The notes beneath the pieces were generated by a model. That model made no database searches and was not told the DNA's origin. It was given only the letters and a program-made list of their open reading frames with translations. Shown here piece after piece: positions 8,965-16,991 of a stretch of DNA of 64,000 bases (its first letter is position 1; each line of letters begins with the position of its first letter). Origin of the DNA: a virus (lineage: Duplodnaviria; Caudoviricetes); IMG/VR virus record IMGVR_UViG_3300037714_000131, positions 19,911-83,910 of that record; one strand, 5' to 3'. A program made the position numbers and the translations under genes.

Positions 8965-9137
8965 GCGATTACCCTCGCCTTGATGACTACGATCTCCGCC
9001 GCGCCATCAATATGTGGTGGCGGAAATTCAACACAACTCAGATCGCCAAGAAGCTCGATGTCGATGAGGCCAGCGTCGCCAATTCCATCGGCCATTGGAG
9101 AGACAAAGAATACCTGAAACGGCGGGCCGTGGCATGA
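8961..9137 (+). CDS. Small HTH-like protein
   Basis: MWWRKFNTTQIAKKLDVDEASVAN; coupled. Confidence 0.55.
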   Translation: MSDYPRLDDYDLRRAINMWWRKFNTTQIAKKLDVDEASVANSIGHWRDKEYLKRRAVA

Positions 9138-9295
9138 CTAAAATCGGCGACATCTACCGTCTTCAAATCGACAAGGACGGCAAAGTCAAAGTCGAACGCG
9201 ATGAGGCCAAGGTCAAATCCCGTAAGCCTGTATGCGCTCGTTACGCGAAGAATAAAACGCGGGTCGCCAAGCGCGGGGAGGTCTCGAATGTATGA
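9134..9295 (+). CDS. Small basic hypothetical protein
   Basis: Coupled ORF. Confidence 0.5.
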   Translation: MTKIGDIYRLQIDKDGKVKVERDEAKVKSRKPVCARYAKNKTRVAKRGEVSNV

Positions 9296-10103
9296 CGCTG
9301 CAGACAATTCGAGCAAGTCATACGACGTGGCGATTTCTTCCCTGCGGGAACGGCTGGAAAAATCGAAAGTCGTGATCGGCGATTGTACGCTGTATTGTGA
9401 GGATTGCCGGTTCATCCTGCCGACGCTCCACAACATTGACGCCGTCGTGACCGATCCCCCCTACGGGATTTCTTATGTTTCCTCCAGGAGGAAACACGGC
9501 GACACGATCATGCTCAATGAGGATGATCGTGCCGCCATAGATACTGTCGCAATGATGGCGCGTCCGCTTCGGGATGGCGGCGCTATGTATTTGTGCACAC
9601 GTTTTGATGTTGCGCCGCTCTGGCAGCAAACTATTGAGCAGGCAGGGTTAACCCTCAAGACGCCAATCGTCTGGGATAAGACCAACCACACCAGCGGCGA
9701 TCTCACTGGCGACTATGGCAATCAGGTCGAACTGATCCTTTTCGCACATAAGGGCCGCCACGTGCTCCGCAATGGCAGGGATGCAAACCTGTGGCGGATA
9801 GCCCGCCCGTTGTTCGGGGACCACCCTACACCGAAGCCTGTAGCCCTCATGGCGCGCATGATCCGCAATAGCACCGATGCCGGAGATACGGTGCTGGACG
9901 CCTTCATGGGCGGTGGCCCGACTGCGATTGCCTGCATGCAGCTTGGTCGCAAGTTTATCGGCATCGAAAAAGACGCGGGACACTTCAAGGCAGCAGCGCG
10001 CCGCATAGAGCAAGCCTACGCCCAAGGCGATCTCTTCGTCGCTGCTCCAAGCGCGAAGCCTAAGCAGCTCGATCTGGAGGAAAGCCTCTCCAATGTCAGA
10101 TGA
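9288..10103 (+). CDS. N6A/N4C DNA methyltransferase (beta arrangement)
   Basis: VTDPPY precedes HPTPKP and LDAFMGGG (SAM-binding). Confidence 0.9.
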   Translation: MYDAADNSSKSYDVAISSLRERLEKSKVVIGDCTLYCEDCRFILPTLHNIDAVVTDPPYGISYVSSRRKHGDTIMLNEDDRAAIDTVAMMARPLRDGGAMYLCTRFDVAPLWQQTIEQAGLTLKTPIVWDKTNHTSGDLTGDYGNQVELILFAHKGRHVLRNGRDANLWRIARPLFGDHPTPKPVALMARMIRNSTDAGDTVLDAFMGGGPTAIACMQLGRKFIGIEKDAGHFKAAARRIEQAYAQGDLFVAAPSAKPKQLDLEESLSNVR

Positions 10104-10181
10104 TTTTACGAGATCCCGCTGTTAGCGCAGCGGGTACACAGTGGCTTCAAAGTCACATCTTTCAACGAAAGTGATGATACC

Positions 10182-11111
10182 ATGATTAAAGCACTTGCAT
10201 CAACCAAAATCGCCACAATCGCGGCAGGAATTTTGGCATTTTCTGCCCCTGCACACTCGGCCGATATTTTCGACAAACGCCATGATGAAGCCTATGGCTC
10301 GGCTCCGCAGGGAACTGCGGTGAACTGGACTGGATTTTATCTCGGCGGTGCTATCGGGTATGGGAACGCAAATCACGACCTGAGCGTGCGGGATTATTTC
10401 AAAGGGTACTGCTCTGATAATACGTCTAGCATTGACTTCGATCCGTTTTCCGATCCGGACAGAGAGAAGACACTGGAGAACCGAATTGAAGCAGCTGACC
10501 CTAACCCAGTGTGGGCTTCATGTGAAGATGTCGATACCAAAGCGGAACCCGACGAATCGTTTTCAACGATCTCCGGCGACAGCCGCGAAATCGCCTCTCT
10601 CGACGGCCTGAACAGCACCGGCCTCGTCGGCGATATCCGCGTCGGCTATGACCAGCAGCTCAGCAATCGCCTTCTGGCCGGCGTCTTCGGCACCTATGGC
10701 TTTTCGAGCATGGATGCTGACGGCACGAATGTCTTGTTCGGTGACAGCTTCAAGCTCGAACGCGGCGATGACTGGTCGGTTGGCGCTCGCGCCGGTGTGC
10801 TGGTCAACAACAGTACTCTGCTCTACGCCCTCGCTGCCTACACTCAGACCGAATACGATCTGAGCGTCACAAGCAATGCGGCCACTCTCAGCAAGACCAC
10901 GACCTTTGACGGCATCACTGTCGGCGGCGGCATCGAGTTTGCAGCAGCCAACAACATCTTCCTCGGAATCGAAGGCACACACACCTTCTACAACAAGGAA
11001 ACGATCTTCGATGTTTACGACGCTGACAGCAACGTCGGCACCAGCGTTGACGATGATCTCGGGGAAACGAAGATTTTAGGCACGCTGAAAATCAAGCTCA
11101 ACAGCTTCTAA
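10182..11111 (+). CDS. Outer-membrane beta-barrel protein (Omp25/RopB-like), moron
   Basis: Signal peptide ending AHSAD, NWTGFYLGGAIGYG, alternating beta-strands, GGGIEFA and a C-terminal Phe. Confidence 0.85.
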   Translation: MIKALASTKIATIAAGILAFSAPAHSADIFDKRHDEAYGSAPQGTAVNWTGFYLGGAIGYGNANHDLSVRDYFKGYCSDNTSSIDFDPFSDPDREKTLENRIEAADPNPVWASCEDVDTKAEPDESFSTISGDSREIASLDGLNSTGLVGDIRVGYDQQLSNRLLAGVFGTYGFSSMDADGTNVLFGDSFKLERGDDWSVGARAGVLVNNSTLLYALAAYTQTEYDLSVTSNAATLSKTTTFDGITVGGGIEFAAANNIFLGIEGTHTFYNKETIFDVYDADSNVGTSVDDDLGETKILGTLKIKLNSF

Positions 11112-11179
11112 TCCCTAACGTTTCACCAAGCCCGGCGGCAATACGCTGCCGGGCAGCAATCAACAATGGAGACTGACAC

Positions 11180-11374
11180 ATGGACGAAATGACCGACTAC
11201 CGCGCCGAAGAGCAGGAAGAGTGCGAGGTCGATAATAGCACTCGCTTTAACGAAAGCGAGCAGCGCCGGATCATTGCGCTGGATATGGCAATCAGGGTTC
11301 GCGGCGACATGCCCGACGATGAGAGTATCGTCAAAACTTCCCGCGCTTTCGAAGCTTTCCTTAAGGGAGACTGA
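11180..11374 (+). CDS. Hypothetical protein
   Basis: SD GGAG upstream; 64 aa. Confidence 0.6.
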   Translation: MDEMTDYRAEEQEECEVDNSTRFNESEQRRIIALDMAIRVRGDMPDDESIVKTSRAFEAFLKGD

Positions 11375-11376
11375 CA

Positions 11377-11517
11377 ATGACAGAATTCCTAAAAGCCTAT
11401 TGGCCCTGGATCGCGCTGATCGCGGTCCTCGCAGCACTAGGATTAGCTGCGTCTGAATATATTGACGCCGCCCCGAGCATGCTGCCAGGCGGTGAAGGAA
11501 CCGGAGGAGAACGCTGA
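11377..11517 (+). CDS. Small single-TM protein (46 aa)
   Basis: Hand translation MTEFLKAYWPWIALIAVLAALGLAAS...; fills the gap between neighbours. Confidence 0.5.
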   Translation: MTEFLKAYWPWIALIAVLAALGLAASEYIDAAPSMLPGGEGTGGER

Positions 11518-11720
11518 TGGAAGACCGTATGCTGCAGTTTTTCGCTTTCGATCATCTCCCTGATCATTTGAAGGAAGTGAGCCGACAATTTCACATGACG
11601 GCGGAATGGATCGTCCAGTTCCTTCCTTCTAACGCAGAACGGACGGTCGCCCTGCGGAAGCTGCTCGAAGCCAAGGACTGCGCCGTGCGCGCTCGTCTCT
11701 ATGTGGAGCCGACACAGTGA
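11517..11720 (+). CDS. Small helical hairpin protein, Acb2/Tad1-hairpin-like
   Basis: ERTVALRKLLEAKDCAVRA resembles the RE-S-A-TKLEEA-W-A helix of sponge-type anti-defence proteins. Confidence 0.5.
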   Translation: MEDRMLQFFAFDHLPDHLKEVSRQFHMTAEWIVQFLPSNAERTVALRKLLEAKDCAVRARLYVEPTQ

Positions 11721-12031
11721 GCACCGTAGCAGAAGACGCCCCGGAAGCGAAGCCCCACGGCGGCTACGCGGCGTACCACATCCCGACGCGGATGGAACGG
11801 TTCTGGCGCTCGATGGGCTTCCGTTTCCATCATGGCGAAGATCCCGAAGGCGTTGACGATCTTCCGGGCTGGATGCGCTCGGAAATCCGCTTGAACTTCA
11901 GCTTCAGCGACAGGCTCCGCCTTTTGCTGACCGGGCGTCTCCGGCTGACGCTGACACAGTACACGCCGGTTCAATGTGATTTCGCGAAGAACCGGCTGGA
12001 CTGGTCGATCAAAGCTCCGGGGGAACGATGA
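11717..12031 (+). CDS. Hypothetical protein
   Basis: Coupled ORF. Confidence 0.6.
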   Translation: MSTVAEDAPEAKPHGGYAAYHIPTRMERFWRSMGFRFHHGEDPEGVDDLPGWMRSEIRLNFSFSDRLRLLLTGRLRLTLTQYTPVQCDFAKNRLDWSIKAPGER

Positions 12032-12264
12032 GAGCGAACGTCTGTCTTTGGCCGCCGGCACGTCCAAAGAAGCAGGAAGCCGAACTTTATGAAGGCATCC
12101 GGTCAACGATCATCCGCGCGCACTGTTCGGCCAAGCGTGGCCCGCATCTGTGCTGTGGGCGGATAACGATAGATCGAACCGAAATGCTTCTGCAATGCCC
12201 TCTCTGCGGAGATGTGAAGATGCAGCTCGGAAAGGATACGCAATGCGCACACGAGACAAACTAG
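12028..12264 (+). CDS. Hypothetical Zn-ribbon protein
   Basis: HCS...HLCCG...CPLCG. Confidence 0.55.
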   Translation: MRANVCLWPPARPKKQEAELYEGIRSTIIRAHCSAKRGPHLCCGRITIDRTEMLLQCPLCGDVKMQLGKDTQCAHETN

Positions 12265-12491
12265 CCGCCGAGCTTCGCAAGGTTGCTGAACAGGCGTCAC
12301 CAGCGAATGCAGCGAAATACGAGGCGTTCGCGAAGCGTGCGGCAACCGGAGAGTTCGACGCCACGAAAGAAGAATCCGATGAGTGGGTCTACAGCGAAGA
12401 TGGTCAAGCCGCTTTCCGTCAACTGCCGGCGGAAATGCGCAAGGTCATCAACGGTGGCGTCGATCCGCTTATCCCGGATGTGAAGCACTAA
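12243..12491 (+). CDS. Hypothetical protein
   Basis: MRTRDKLAAELRKVA... start chosen. Confidence 0.55.
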   Translation: MRTRDKLAAELRKVAEQASPANAAKYEAFAKRAATGEFDATKEESDEWVYSEDGQAAFRQLPAEMRKVINGGVDPLIPDVKH

Positions 12492-12505
12492 GGAGAACGC
12501 TGACC

Positions 12506-13734
12506 GTAACCGATCCCCGCCCTGAAGGACGAGGCTTTTCCCTAGGCGGCATTTTAGGCGGCCTGAGAACATAAGGGCGGGGTTACAAGTGCCGCCCTCG
12601 CCCGCAACGCGATGTTGCGAGCAGCGTGTAAATCGGCGGGCTCAGAATGAGAGCACGCAACACAGGAGAAGGTAGCTTGATTAGGTCTGTTCCTATCGTC
12701 GATCGTTCCGCAGACGCGGCACCCTTTGGAGGTGTAGCGCGGATCGACCTTGACGACCGGAAGCCCGGCGAGACGCGACTTGTATTCGATAAAGGCGCGG
12801 AGCTGGGCGAAAGACCAGGAATGCAAGCGCGATCGTTGTGGGCGGCGGGCCTTAACCCTGCGGCGGATATGCGTGAGTTCCTCAATCGCAATCGCGCGCC
12901 GGGAGCGTTCAGCCTCGGTAACGAGCACCTTCGATATGCAGTGGTTAGTGTGTTTTCTAAAGCGGGCCTCCTTACCCGCGAGTGCTTTCAGGCGACGTTT
13001 TGCGGCCTTGGTTCCACGGCTTTGAAGGCCGGCCTTGCGGCGTGCGAGCTTACTGCGGACTTTCTCGATGTCCGCTCCGGTATGGCTGTTGCCGTCACTA
13101 TCGAAGGCGAGATTGACGATACCGAGATCGACGCCAAGAACACCTTCGATGCCGATCTCTTCCGGGTCCGGAACGTCGCAGACGCAAGCGAGATACCACT
13201 TGCTCTTGACGAACATCAGATCGACTTCGCCCTTGCGGAAGGCGAGCAGCGCGCTCTGGCGTTCACCACAGACGAAGGGGATCTTCTCGCGTCCGGCAAG
13301 CGTCCAGATACTCACTCGATCATCGGACAGGAAACGCACGATCCGGTCATCATAGGGCTGTGCGGCGAAGCGGCGGAAGCTGCGTTGCCCGTCTTTGCCG
13401 ACCTTGTAGGCGTCAGCCACTTTGGCGATGCAACGGACGGCGGCTTGCGCGGTCAGCCCGTACATCTCGCGAATTTCAGCGTAGGCCAGCCGGTGCAAGT
13501 CGAATTGCCGGGTCTTGCCCGTCTCGAAGCCGCGAGCGGAGAGGTAATTGCAAGCCTGATTGCAACGCTCAAGTGTCTGCCGCAACAGACTTTCCTGCTC
13601 TGGCGTCGGCTTGAGTTTGATATTCGCAATCAGTTTCATTCTCTCCATATTGGAGATGTTCTTGAAAAGTTCAAGCAAGAAAGGCGCGAATTCCTCCCCG
13701 GCCTGAACGCCGGGGTATCCTTCGCGGAAATCAG
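12506..13734 (-). mobile_element. Non-autonomous IS200/IS605-family (IS1341-type) element
   Basis: Terminal hairpins CCCCGCCCTGAAGGACGAGGC (right end, ending GGTTAC on the minus strand) and CCCCGGCCTGAACGCCGGGG (left end). TCAT TAM adjoins the left end; there is no tnpA. Confidence 0.85.
12554..13639 (-). CDS. tnpB: TnpB RNA-guided nuclease (canonical RuvC D-E-D)
   Basis: VDLGIVN, IAIEEL, VDPRYTS, CxxC/CxxC zinc finger and ADLHAARNI. Confidence 0.93.
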   Translation of the reverse strand: MKLIANIKLKPTPEQESLLRQTLERCNQACNYLSARGFETGKTRQFDLHRLAYAEIREMYGLTAQAAVRCIAKVADAYKVGKDGQRSFRRFAAQPYDDRIVRFLSDDRVSIWTLAGREKIPFVCGERQSALLAFRKGEVDLMFVKSKWYLACVCDVPDPEEIGIEGVLGVDLGIVNLAFDSDGNSHTGADIEKVRSKLARRKAGLQSRGTKAAKRRLKALAGKEARFRKHTNHCISKVLVTEAERSRRAIAIEELTHIRRRVKARRPQRSRLHSWSFAQLRAFIEYKSRLAGLPVVKVDPRYTSKGCRVCGTIDDRNRPNQATFSCVACSHSEPADLHAARNIALRARAALVTPPLCSQAA

Positions 13735-13917
13735 ATGAAAGTCATACCGTACCCGATGAGCGCCATGAGGATCAGCTTCAGCATTTGCCCGTTCACCTTC
13801 TGGTGGAAGCCGAGCTTCACGAAGAAAGACCTCACCGAGTTTGCCCGCGAGCAGGGCGCTACACTCTGGTGGGCGCGCTGGCTTTGGTTCCAGATTTCTT
13901 ACGATCGAATGCTTTGA
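13735..13917 (+). CDS. Small Trp/Phe-rich hypothetical protein
   Basis: The ATG directly abuts the IS left end; its original SD lies across the IS. Confidence 0.55.
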   Translation: MKVIPYPMSAMRISFSICPFTFWWKPSFTKKDLTEFAREQGATLWWARWLWFQISYDRML

Positions 13918-14031
13918 AAAGCGAAAGCCGGGAACAGGCCCGTCAGCCTTCCCGACTTGTGAAGTCCCATCAATGTAGCGTCCCGCGTTCCAGTTCCCCC
14001 GCGTATCCGAGTAGCAATCGTAGAGGTAATC

Positions 14032-15264
14032 ATGACTCAACGCAAGGATCTATGGTGGGTTGCTCCGGCATCGCTGGCGCTGCTTATCCTGATTGGCGTC
14101 TCTGGCGCGGGGAACTTTCTGTATGGCCTGTCATTCGGCGGTCCAATCATTGGTGCTGCGTCGATCGCTTTCGACTTCCTCAAGATCGTCGCGCTGATCG
14201 GCGTTTTCGTCTTGTGGCACAAGCGATACCCGCTGCAAGCCATCGCGCTGTTCATGCTGTTTATCGGCGCGACCGGCTGGTCGATGTTTTCGGCTGTCGG
14301 TTTCATGTCAAGCCAGTTTGCCACGTTGCAAGATGACCGTGGAAAAACGGCATCACAATGGCAAGCGCTGACATCGCAGATCGATCAGTTGCAAGAGCGC
14401 CGCAAGCATGTCGAAGCGGCGCGGCCGCAGAACACCGTACGGGCTGACATCGACGCTCTGCTTCGTGTACCGGGCATAAACGGTTGTCAGAAAATCGACG
14501 GCCCGGTGACGGCACAGCACTGCCCGCAATACGACAAGCTGAAAGCGGAGCTTGGCAACGCCGAGGCGGCGGCATGGTTGGACGGCAGACTTGACGAACT
14601 GCGTCAGGAATTGCGCAAGACTGATCGCGTTACTGTCATCGATCCACGGACGGACTCGATAACGGCGCTCAGTGGCGTTGCGGCTGCAAGCGTTGCGCTC
14701 TTCATCAAATTTTTCTTTGCAGGGCTGATCGAGTGCGCAACAGCATTCGGCCTTTGGGCTGTCTGGTCACCGTTCTTTGGCCGCAAGATCGTCAGAGAGC
14801 CGTTGTCAGCCCCGGAAGCCGATAGCGCTCCGATCGTTGCCAGCGAACCGCCCAAGTCCCTGACAACGCCTGCTGGCCCGTCTGGAGGTACAAGGAAGAC
14901 TGGCAATGCTCTTGGCGACATGGTCAAGCGCGAGATGGCGTTGTCAGTTCAGTTGTCAAAGCCTGAAAAACCAACGCTTACCGTTGTCAGAGACAAGATC
15001 GTCAAGCCGGAAGAAATCGCCCGTGCATGGTCGCTGGAATTCGCCCCTCCTGGCACTGGTCGCCGCGTTGTCAGTGCTGTCAGCGCCCGCTGGCATCACA
15101 GCCAATGGTGTTCGATGGCCAATGTCAAAAAGCTTGGCCCGCAGCAACTCGGTCTGGCGTTGAAAAAGGTCGGCGTCGGCATCGACCGTTCGAGCGGAAA
15201 GGGCTCGACTTACATCTTTAACCCGATGGAGCAGGAGGTTGAGAAGATCGCCGTTTATGGCTGA
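14032..15264 (+). CDS. Multi-pass membrane protein with coiled coil and C-terminal soluble domain
   Basis: About 4 N-terminal TM helices, a Cys pair, a later TM, then a cytoplasmic tail. Confidence 0.75.
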   Translation: MTQRKDLWWVAPASLALLILIGVSGAGNFLYGLSFGGPIIGAASIAFDFLKIVALIGVFVLWHKRYPLQAIALFMLFIGATGWSMFSAVGFMSSQFATLQDDRGKTASQWQALTSQIDQLQERRKHVEAARPQNTVRADIDALLRVPGINGCQKIDGPVTAQHCPQYDKLKAELGNAEAAAWLDGRLDELRQELRKTDRVTVIDPRTDSITALSGVAAASVALFIKFFFAGLIECATAFGLWAVWSPFFGRKIVREPLSAPEADSAPIVASEPPKSLTTPAGPSGGTRKTGNALGDMVKREMALSVQLSKPEKPTLTVVRDKIVKPEEIARAWSLEFAPPGTGRRVVSAVSARWHHSQWCSMANVKKLGPQQLGLALKKVGVGIDRSSGKGSTYIFNPMEQEVEKIAVYG

Positions 15265-15456
15265 TCGGCCGTGTCTGGCTTGGGGGCTTGGACACGGCGA
15301 GGCTGGTGGGCTGTTGGCAGCAGCCCATCCAGAATTTCGCAGAGTTTGATGAATGACTTGGGGGCTTTTGGCAACCCGCCCCGGAGGCAGAGGCTCAAGA
15401 AGATGAGCCGAAAACTGAAACACAACATTTAGCGGTGGCGAGGAGGCCACTTACAA

Positions 15457-15900
15457 ATGCAAGAGATATATAACCGCAAATCATATTCGGCGCAAGCCTT
15501 GGATGAACTGCCGCTAGACACCGTCAACATCGGTGCCGATGGCGACGACTTCACGGCGATAGACATCGGCCCCAAGCTTGCGCCACCGGAGCAGAGACAA
15601 GCGCTTTTCGCCCGGTTCAACGCCGCCCCCGATGCAAAGTTCATCTACCGTGGCATCATCAGGGAATGGATCACATCCTGCTACAGCGCCAAACACGCGG
15701 TTTTCTCGCTTCGTGTCTGTGGCCTGATTGCAGACCCGTACACTGGAGATCCATATGATCTGATGTCTCGGGCCGCTGAAACCGAATTCCCCGGTGTAGC
15801 GCTTCCTGAGCGTGTCTCAGCCCCTATTCAACCAGAATACGTCAATCCCGATCTTGTCGCCGCTCTTGCGCCGGCTCGCACGGTTGGAGGCGCAGCATGA
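15457..15900 (+). CDS. Hypothetical protein
   Basis: SD GGAGG; the stop overlaps the tnpB start. Confidence 0.65.
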   Translation: MQEIYNRKSYSAQALDELPLDTVNIGADGDDFTAIDIGPKLAPPEQRQALFARFNAAPDAKFIYRGIIREWITSCYSAKHAVFSLRVCGLIADPYTGDPYDLMSRAAETEFPGVALPERVSAPIQPEYVNPDLVAALAPARTVGGAA

Positions 15901-16991
15901 AACTAACATACAAGTTTCGCCTTCGCGACAGGCACTCGTCTGAATTGAACCGGCAAGCACGGGCGATAAACTACGTCTGGAATTACTGCAACGAAACACA
16001 GCAGAAAGCAGTCCGATCCGGCCGCAAATGGCTAACGGCCGTCGATCTCCAAAAGCTAACATCCGGGTCGTCGGAGATGCTCGGACTTTCAGCGCAAAGC
16101 ATCTGCAAGGTCTGCCAGCAATACGACCGTTCACGAAAAACAAAGCGCAAACCGTGGCTCCGTTGGCGCAGCCGCAAATCGCTTGGGTGGATACCGTTTC
16201 ATGCTGAGTCCGTGTCGTTCGACGGCGAGACATTCAAGTTTCGTGGGCAACACTATGACCTGATGCACCAACGCGATTTTCCGGAATGCGCAAAGTTCGG
16301 TGCAGGCTCGTTCAATCAGGATTCGAAAGGCCGCTGGTACATCAACGCCGTTGTCGAGGTCGCGACTGCCGACCATGCCCCGCTCACCCGCGTCGGCATC
16401 GACCTTGGCCTGAAAGATCTCGCCACACTGAGCGACGGTCGGAAGATCGAAACTCCTCGCTTCTATCGCAAATCCGAGGCTGCGCTTGCCGTCCTTCAGC
16501 GCGCCCGGAAATCAAAGCGCGTTCGCAACATTCACGCCAAGATCGCGAACCGTCGCAAGGATTTTCTACACAAGGCCAGCACCGCGCTGGCGAAGGAATA
16601 CGGGCTGATCATCATTGGCGATGTCAGTCCGTCGAAGATTGCTCGGACTCATATGGCAAAGAGCGTGCTCGATGCCGGATGGGCGGACTTCAAGAGCCAG
16701 CTTTCGTACAAGGCAACTATGCATGGCGGAAGCGCTCTTGAGGCCCGTGAGCGCAACACTTCCGGGGACTGTTCTTCTTGCGGTGCAAGGAGCGGGCCGA
16801 GAGGCTTGAAGGATCTCCGAATAAGAGAATGGGACTGCGGCGAATGCGGAGCGGCGCACAACCGCGACGTGAACGCTGCGCAGAACATTCTCCGTCTCGG
16901 GCTGGAGACGCTTGCAGAAGGAGCCCGGAAATTTGCACCGGGAGCAGCCACCACTGGCTGGAAGGGCTTTCACACGGGAGAGCTGGTATGA
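15897..16991 (+). CDS. tnpB: TnpB-like protein, operon-embedded, RuvC-II rearranged
   Basis: VGIDLGLK, AKSVLDAGW, zinc finger and NRDVNAAQN. The canonical Glu position reads IIIGDV; a Glu occurs instead in ARERNTS. Confidence 0.88.
   Translation: MKLTYKFRLRDRHSSELNRQARAINYVWNYCNETQQKAVRSGRKWLTAVDLQKLTSGSSEMLGLSAQSICKVCQQYDRSRKTKRKPWLRWRSRKSLGWIPFHAESVSFDGETFKFRGQHYDLMHQRDFPECAKFGAGSFNQDSKGRWYINAVVEVATADHAPLTRVGIDLGLKDLATLSDGRKIETPRFYRKSEAALAVLQRARKSKRVRNIHAKIANRRKDFLHKASTALAKEYGLIIIGDVSPSKIARTHMAKSVLDAGWADFKSQLSYKATMHGGSALEARERNTSGDCSSCGARSGPRGLKDLRIREWDCGECGAAHNRDVNAAQNILRLGLETLAEGARKFAPGAATTGWKGFHTGELV

Noticed and set aside
12647-13738. 363-aa + strand ORF
   Set aside because: Antisense shadow of tnpB; no independent motifs.
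15897-16991. Calling the second TnpB simply nuclease-dead (TldR)
   Set aside because: The alternative Glu in ARERNTS could restore the catalytic triad as in RuvC-II-rearranged clades; activity cannot be decided from sequence.
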